DNA of 54,070 nucleotides from Perkinsus olseni (Eukaryota): NCBI GenBank assembly GCA_013115125.1, contig JABANN010000196.1, positions 1 to 54,070 of the forward strand, read 5' to 3'. Shown piece by piece: positions 47,673 to 54,070 of this stretch (position 1 is its first letter; each line of letters starts with the position of its first letter). The notes under the pieces were generated by a model. It saw only the letters and a program-made list of their open reading frames with translations, ran no database searches and was not told where the DNA came from. The position numbers and the translations under genes were made by a program.

Positions 47673-49200
47673 TCACAATGGGTCATCACGACGGGGGGAA
47701 ACATCAGAAGATGAGGACGATGAAACCAGACTGCACTCGACAACCTCAACCTGCGGTTCATCAACTCCCTGACCCACGTCGTACTGAGCAGCGAGAAGAG
47801 GTGAGACCTCTTACCAGTGGCCTCCCCACAGGAGACCAAGTGTGCTGCTCCTCAGCCCCTATACCATCCGCCTTGCCTGTACTATCGATACAACTTCAGA
47901 AACTAGAGCTAACCTTACCAGTTGCTCCCAAGTCCACGACGCCGTCTCCACTGGACTCGGGCTCCTGCGCTACCATACCACCAGTGTCACCATCCAGCTG
48001 TACCTAGCACTAGAGTGGGACAGCAATCGTCACCGCGCCACAAAATTACCTTCGGCGACTCGTCTTCGTCCACCATTTCCTCCTCTTCCTCCTCGTCCTC
48101 TCCCAGCGATGAGGACTCCTTCTTCATCGGATCACTCGACGCCGGCGATTTTGCACGCGGCCGCTGGGCCAGGAAAACTGTAAAAAAGTCGGTTCTCCAT
48201 AATTTGTCGAATCCCAAGAAGATCGAAGAATTACCGCTCGCCCTACCTATCGCATCGTCACGGGCTGCTTGTACATTCCCTTCGTATTTCTTACGCGGAT
48301 TGAATGACTTAGTGCGCAGCGATCCAGTAGCTTCATCCTTCCAACTACCACAAGACGCATTGTGCGGATTTCATACCACAACTTCCCCAATCGATGAAAC
48401 ATTCCAGGGTATACCTTGCTATCCACGCTCTACTTCTCTTATTCCACAGCACCTTGCCGTCCTCGCTGCTGAACGCCCCAGCAGCTCTCGCCTCTTTCTC
48501 CTCCTGTAATGCTGCCGGGTCAACGGCCCCTGGCGATCCCTCGCCAGCCGTCACCTGTCGGAAATCGAGTTCAACCACCGTCACCGCGCCACGAAATTAC
48601 CGGCGCAACTGAGCTATCGGTCTTCCTAGAATCCCCCCCTTCGCCCACAGTCTTCCGCTTCTTCTGACGATTGTTGCTGGAAACGGGCGTCCTCGAGCGC
48701 ACACCCGAAGAACGCTTCCGCCGCTTCTGTGCAGCTGCCACATCATCCGACAACTCCGACCCGCTCCCAGCGCTCATCTCAGAACCACTCGAGTCGAGCG
48801 ATACCCCCAGAGATTGCTGAGAAAATTCGATCGGACAAGAATCAATACCACTCCACGCACGAATCCTATTCCCTAGAGGCTACGCCCAACTCACTATCTC
48901 TCGCAGCAGCCGCCGCATCTTCCGTTTTTTCATTTTGTACCGCCGTTCGCGTCGTGCTAATTCTGACTTCCTTCGCTCAAGCTCAGCCCTCTGCTTCGCC
49001 AGATCCTCCTGTAGGAAGGCAAATCGCGAAACAAGAATCGCTTCCCTCCGCCAGACCTTCTGGCTATCAATCGTTCGCTGGGCCGTCTGGAGGAACTCTG
49101 CCGATTCTCGCACAGTTCTCGATACGATTACATCGAGTGGCATCACCTGCGATGCATTCATGCAGCTCCATCATACCACTCCAAACGTAACTCTCACCTG
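47673..49200 (-). CDS. ApiAP2-type AP2-domain DNA-binding protein (multi-exon; 5' end uncertain)
   Basis: Removing introns 48345-48414 and 48178-48246 gives KVLWNKRSRAWIASWKDEATGSLRTKSFNPRKKYEGNVQAARDDAIVFLAQR, fitting the AP2 three-strand plus helix pattern. Upstream exons carry a coiled coil and NLS-like KRRKR/QKKRK. Confidence 0.75.
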
Positions 49201-52200
49201 ATCCCCAGCCCTCAGATGCCCGACGCTGCCCTGCTGCTGTTGGATATCGTCTCCGCGGTGCGTGGCCGTGGGGTTCGGTGTCATCAGCTTGGGGCACACT
49301 TCCCCACGGAATTCCCCCGAGCAAAATTTCCCAACGAAAAAAACACCCCCGTTGTGATTGATACTTCAACCCAACGCGCCAGAGATTCATCACTTCCGCC
49401 ATAAGACGGGCAGCTCACATCGAGAAGAAGAAGGCCTCAGAACGGGCAACTCTTGCGCATGCGTACACCTTCTACCTACCACTCCTTTCCGAACTCGTAC
49501 AGGCCGCTCCGGCGTGGCCACTTCCCTGGAGAAAACAAAATCCCGAGTTCTATGGGACGCTTCCCCCACCTCGTGCAAGGCCTCGTCCGAGCCTCTCTTG
49601 AATCTTCACGGCTCATCGGGCGTCCACCGCGATAACTCTTCCACCGATCAGCCTCATGATGGGCCTACAGAAGCTCAGGATTCTTCGTGTTTGCCAGCAT
49701 GCCACTCACCCTATCAAGATTTCTTCTCAGTTTTATTTTCTGCTTCGCTCCGTCGTAATCCAGCAGGAAGTCCTCCACCACTTCCCCCAGCTTAGGGGGG
49801 ACCATCCCTGCACTCCTCGAGCCGTACCCAGCGTAGACTAATCGGTTTCTGGGAACAGGTTATCAAGACTCCAACCTTACTCCGCAGCTTAGCAGCCTTT
49901 CCCCTGTGCGCTGCGTCCCTCTCACACGATACACCCAATGGCAGCACAGCAATCGCTATGACAGAGAAGCCGTACCCCTCCAGAAATCGTATACAGGAGG
50001 AAATGTGAAAGAAATGAGAGTCTTCAACCACAGGATACCCATTTTTGCAAGAGATTGAGCAGAGCGAAGCAGCCAGTCACACCCTCCCCCACCTGCAACC
50101 AACGCATAAGACCTCCCCTCGAAGTTTCCGAGGTCCCATCACGGGGACGCCATACTGGAGGTACGGGTGATTCGACTCCTCGTCAACATCCACAGAGTTC
50201 AGTGTATCCAGACTGAAGTACCATGCGGCGTTGAGAAAGTCCAAGATCTAGCAAGATACCAAGATCCTGCACTCACGTCTGAGCCAGTTCCTCCTTGGTG
50301 TCCGCTAACTCCGTAGTAAGAGCAGAGAGCTCCCCGAGCAGCTCTCGCTCCCGCCGCGTGAACTCCAGCCGAATCGTTGCCAAGTTGGATTCTGAAGTGG
50401 ACAAACCATCCGACTACCAGCATTGAGTCTACACTGGGTAGGAAATTTTTAACAACGGCTTTTCGAGGTTTTCTCCTTATCCAAGCAAAATTCAATTTTG
50501 AGCTTGTAGTATGCGGCACGAGTTAGTGTAAGGTTACCTCAATACTGCCCGTGTACCACCTCTCCGCCAAAGGAAACAACCCGAACGCACAGTGCGGACG
50601 ACGACTGAGCGTTTGCTGCTTCAGCGTCGACCAGTCCACAATTCACTCGACTTCCACTAATCATTGGCCATCAACTTCATTCTCCTACGAAACTAACACT
50701 ACAGTTCGAGTATCGAACTCATACTCGGACCGTATTGATACTATCATTACGGCATCACCATCAACCCCACCTTCCCGTCGATAGAAGCTTTCCCAATACA
50801 TCGTGCTGTAGATGGACCAATCGCCAAGTCTCTCAGCAACAAGGGCGCCGTGAACTCCACCTTCCCACCTGCAACCGTTCTCGCCTCCTCCACCCCGACA
50901 AGCTCCTTCCGGCACCGCGCTGCTTCTGCCACCATCACTTCGCTCTTCTCACGTCCAATATCAACTTCCCTTCGCAGCCGGGCTTCCACATCCCTCTGAA
51001 CCCTCCCATTACGTTCTCTGACACCTCTAGCTGCGTCCCTACCCATTCCTTCACTCTCAGCTCGATGCTCTCCTCAAGACCGCGAATCATCTCAGCTGCC
51101 TTGGCACGCTCATAGCTGAAACCACGGCAACTTGAAATCTTACGCTCTCTCGAATTTCCTCAAACCCACTCAATCTCTTTCACTTGAGAACTCAGACTCT
51201 GTAGTGTCCTCTTCCACTCGGTCGCGTCAGCAATGTACCTGTCAGAGGATCCTGACGCTACGACGCTGTTGTATACACGGCCACCGGCGGCTTTATGCCA
51301 CCTCATCGGCTATTCACTACGTCGCCCCCCCCCCTTACTGTTCGGTGGAGCTTTCTAGGAGGTCCAACACCTTCCGATTATCCGCTTGCGCCTGTTAAAA
51401 TGAACATGGGCCATCGATCTGCGAGCTCAACATCCACACCCAATATGTTACACTCCGCTGGAGTTTCTCGCCAGTCACCACGGATCAACACCAGCAGAAA
51501 CGATGGCCATTCTCGGTTGTAAACACAGTGTCGACTCTACGTCACTTTCACGAAGGCCGTCCATAAACAACATCTCTCGATAGCTTCTTTCGGGGCAGGT
51601 ACAGTATGAAAGAGACGCACTCCAAATTCCGCCCACCGACAGAAGATATCATCTTGCACTCACCCGAGACAATCCATCCGCGGTCTTCCTCAACTTCTCA
51701 TTCAGCTGCTCTTCCCGAGTCCTCCACTCCGAACGCTCGTCGTCCATCATCTGATGACCATCACCTCACAGCCCTGACCGCGCGCCACAAAATTGTCCCT
51801 TCCCCTGCGCACCTGCCTCCGCCTCTGGGCTTCCTCTTCCATTTCCCTCACCATCCCTCGACATTCCTCCAACGACTCCTCCAGCTCGCTGCGATGGGCA
51901 CTGAAAAGATAGAAAATCCGTCTTGGTGCTGCTCATGCTTTTCACCCTCGAAAACCAAGAATGTTTGCATCTGTTTAGTTTGCAACTTGAGCGTCGCCCT
52001 TCTCCGGCGAAGTAGGCGATTGGTGAAGTTTTCAAGATACTAAATCGGCGTATATTGCGATGGTTTGATTGTAAAGCACACGAGGCGTACAAACCCTCTG
52101 TCTGGGACCTCCACACCTCCGATAGGAAGCGACACATACCACCGCGGTGACTCGCAGTGGCCCCGAGCCCAGTCGTCTCACCGTAGCTGCTCATTTTCCA

Positions 52201-53650
52201 ACGACAGTGCCCGGATGGCGATACGACCTTCGAGGCGCCGCGATGTGAGGTCTTCCTCAGCCATTCGATCGCGCTCCTGGTACTCCCTCAATGTATCCTC
52301 CAAAGTAGAGACCTACGAACCCAAAGGTCCCCGGATCGAACCCCGCGCCTCCCATATAGAGCAGGAGAAATGACAAAATACGCAAGCCGCCCTACGCAAC
52401 GGCCACCATGTACAAAGGTCGGGAACGACTCCGAATGCTGGGCTTTAGCACGCATAAGAGGTTCGAATGATGCAAAGGGATGATGCGCACGAATAAGTCG
52501 CTGCTCTGCCATGCTACGATGTTACGAGATTTATGCTACAATCACTACCATAACGCATATTATACTACTACACTATATACTCAAGTGCTCGACAGGGAAT
52601 GAGTGGATCGGATTTCCGAAACTTGACCCCCTTAATGTGCTCAACGCTGGCTCTTCCAGCATTACCCTTCTGAGTGCCCTCCTGTGCTTCTCCGTCATGT
52701 CCTCAAGTCTATCGATGTACCGCAGACAGGTGGCATGATAATCTGCACTCTGCAGGGAACGCCGCTCCAATAGAGGTACCGTCTGAGGGAGGCCGAATGA
52801 ATGCCAACACCAACCGGTCTGCCCGTATTCAATCACAGCGAGCTTGAGGATGGTGTAAGACGAGAGACGAGCATGTCGCTAGATTTCACGAAAGCTGTGA
52901 CGCGTACTGTACCGATACTAAAGCAGACTGACAAGTCGATCAGAAAAGCAGCGGACGGGTGAGCAGGTCTCTGCGGGAAAGTTGGAACCGGATCGTAGCT
53001 CTTACCTCGCTCAGCTGCTCCTCCAAGCACACCACACGCTTCTCCAGCCAATACAGCGTCTTCGGTCTATCTGAGGAGAGGACGCAGAGTAGCTCGGGTA
53101 TTTGTGGGTCTTCCAGTATATACACCTGAAGAGCTCACCCGGGTCGTCTGCTAATATCCGGTACCATGGCTTGGGCTCACACTTGCGGGCCAGGACTTCA
53201 AACTGAGGCAACCGACTGAGGGCATCACCAGCCTGCACGGTCATCACCTTGTACGCCAAATCGCTCATCTTCTTGGTAGCCCCTCTAACGGTGTTCCTCC
53301 CGACCACTACAGCGTCTTGATCTGATCCCTCGACCTGAGGTAGCAGGCGTGGGGGTATTCACCATAGGGCTGTTGAATGGTCAGTAGGAAGTGCTTGACG
53401 GAGCGTCTATGGATAGCGTTGGATACTCGTACTCATTATGATGCAACTCTGACACTTTTCTGACATCTATCCGGTTGCCAGGCGAGACACCTCCGACTCA
53501 GAACATTCCTTTCAGTGGCGTTCAATGTGGCTGCCTTGGAAACGGCGTTGTATCCTCGCCATGCCGCACTGCAAAGATTTCGTATGCAAGATCGCTCCTC
53601 GAAAGGGAGAGCAAGGACATCCAATACTGGGCTCAGTGCATTCTCCATGC
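49200..53650 (-). CDS. Further multi-exon coding sequence with coiled-coil segments; upstream part of the AP2 gene or separate gene(s), possibly degenerate
   Basis: Purine-rich minus-strand exons between GT-AG introns (e.g. SELEESLEECRGMVREMEEEAQRRRQ, LEKRVVCLEEQLSE). No complete model or family assigned. Confidence 0.35.
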
Positions 53651-54070
53651 CCTTAGTGTTCCCAGGACTTATTAATGGATGATGATCAGCAGCACAGTCG
53701 AGCCCTTATTCTACTACTATGACACTGACCTCAGTGGTGACCCTTAACGAAGCGGAAAAGGATATTGAACGATCGACCAACGTGAAGTAGGAGGCGAATT
53801 TGTTGGACCCGGGCATGATGGGGTCCCCATCACCCTAGGACCTCGTCATCATCCTCATCTGTAGTGCTCTCTCCGAAACTGGACCAGCCGAAGGCGTGAG
53901 GTGACATTTCTGATGGAAAAAGGGGAAAACCGAGGACGACCGGAAGCCGGGCACCCCATGGGAAGAGACTAACTCATCCTACCAAACGAAATAAGGAATT
54001 TAAAGCATCGTTGCACACGATCGCACATTCACCCGCCGTCGATGTCCCTGAAGCTGCTGTCCCATGCACA

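Noticed and set aside
52310-52355. tRNA-iMet-like fragment (aacccaaaggtccccggatcgaacccc)
   Set aside because: No D arm, acceptor stem or valid anticodon arm can be formed.

Overview
Eukaryotic genomic DNA with many short (~40-70 nt) GT-AG introns. Gene content (CRMP-like receptor, ApiAP2 factor, CEP290-like protein) points to an alveolate, most likely Perkinsus-like; this is an inference. Main signal: seven intronless genes spread over ~30 kb (15.7-45.4 kb), each encoding a small secreted prepropeptide with a signal peptide, a pro-region carrying an H-[YFL]-[QE]-[FL] motif, and a variable C-terminal ~32-aa peptide on a fixed C-x2-C-x2-C-x9-11-C-x6-C-x3-C-x1-2-CC framework. I cannot assign the family to a known one; the architecture resembles toxins, antimicrobial peptides or pheromones. 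The family expanded by inverted segmental duplication, shares an upstream GGCGTCAC motif, and one copy has an internally deleted LTR retroelement 22 nt before its ATG. Also present: a large FN3/Cys-repeat/multi-TM gene, a secreted methyltransferase-like plus kinase-like gene with an antisense tRNA-Glu in one intron, and recurrent perfect palindromes with 1-nt centres. Multi-exon gene boundaries were assembled by eye and are approximate; no database searches were run.
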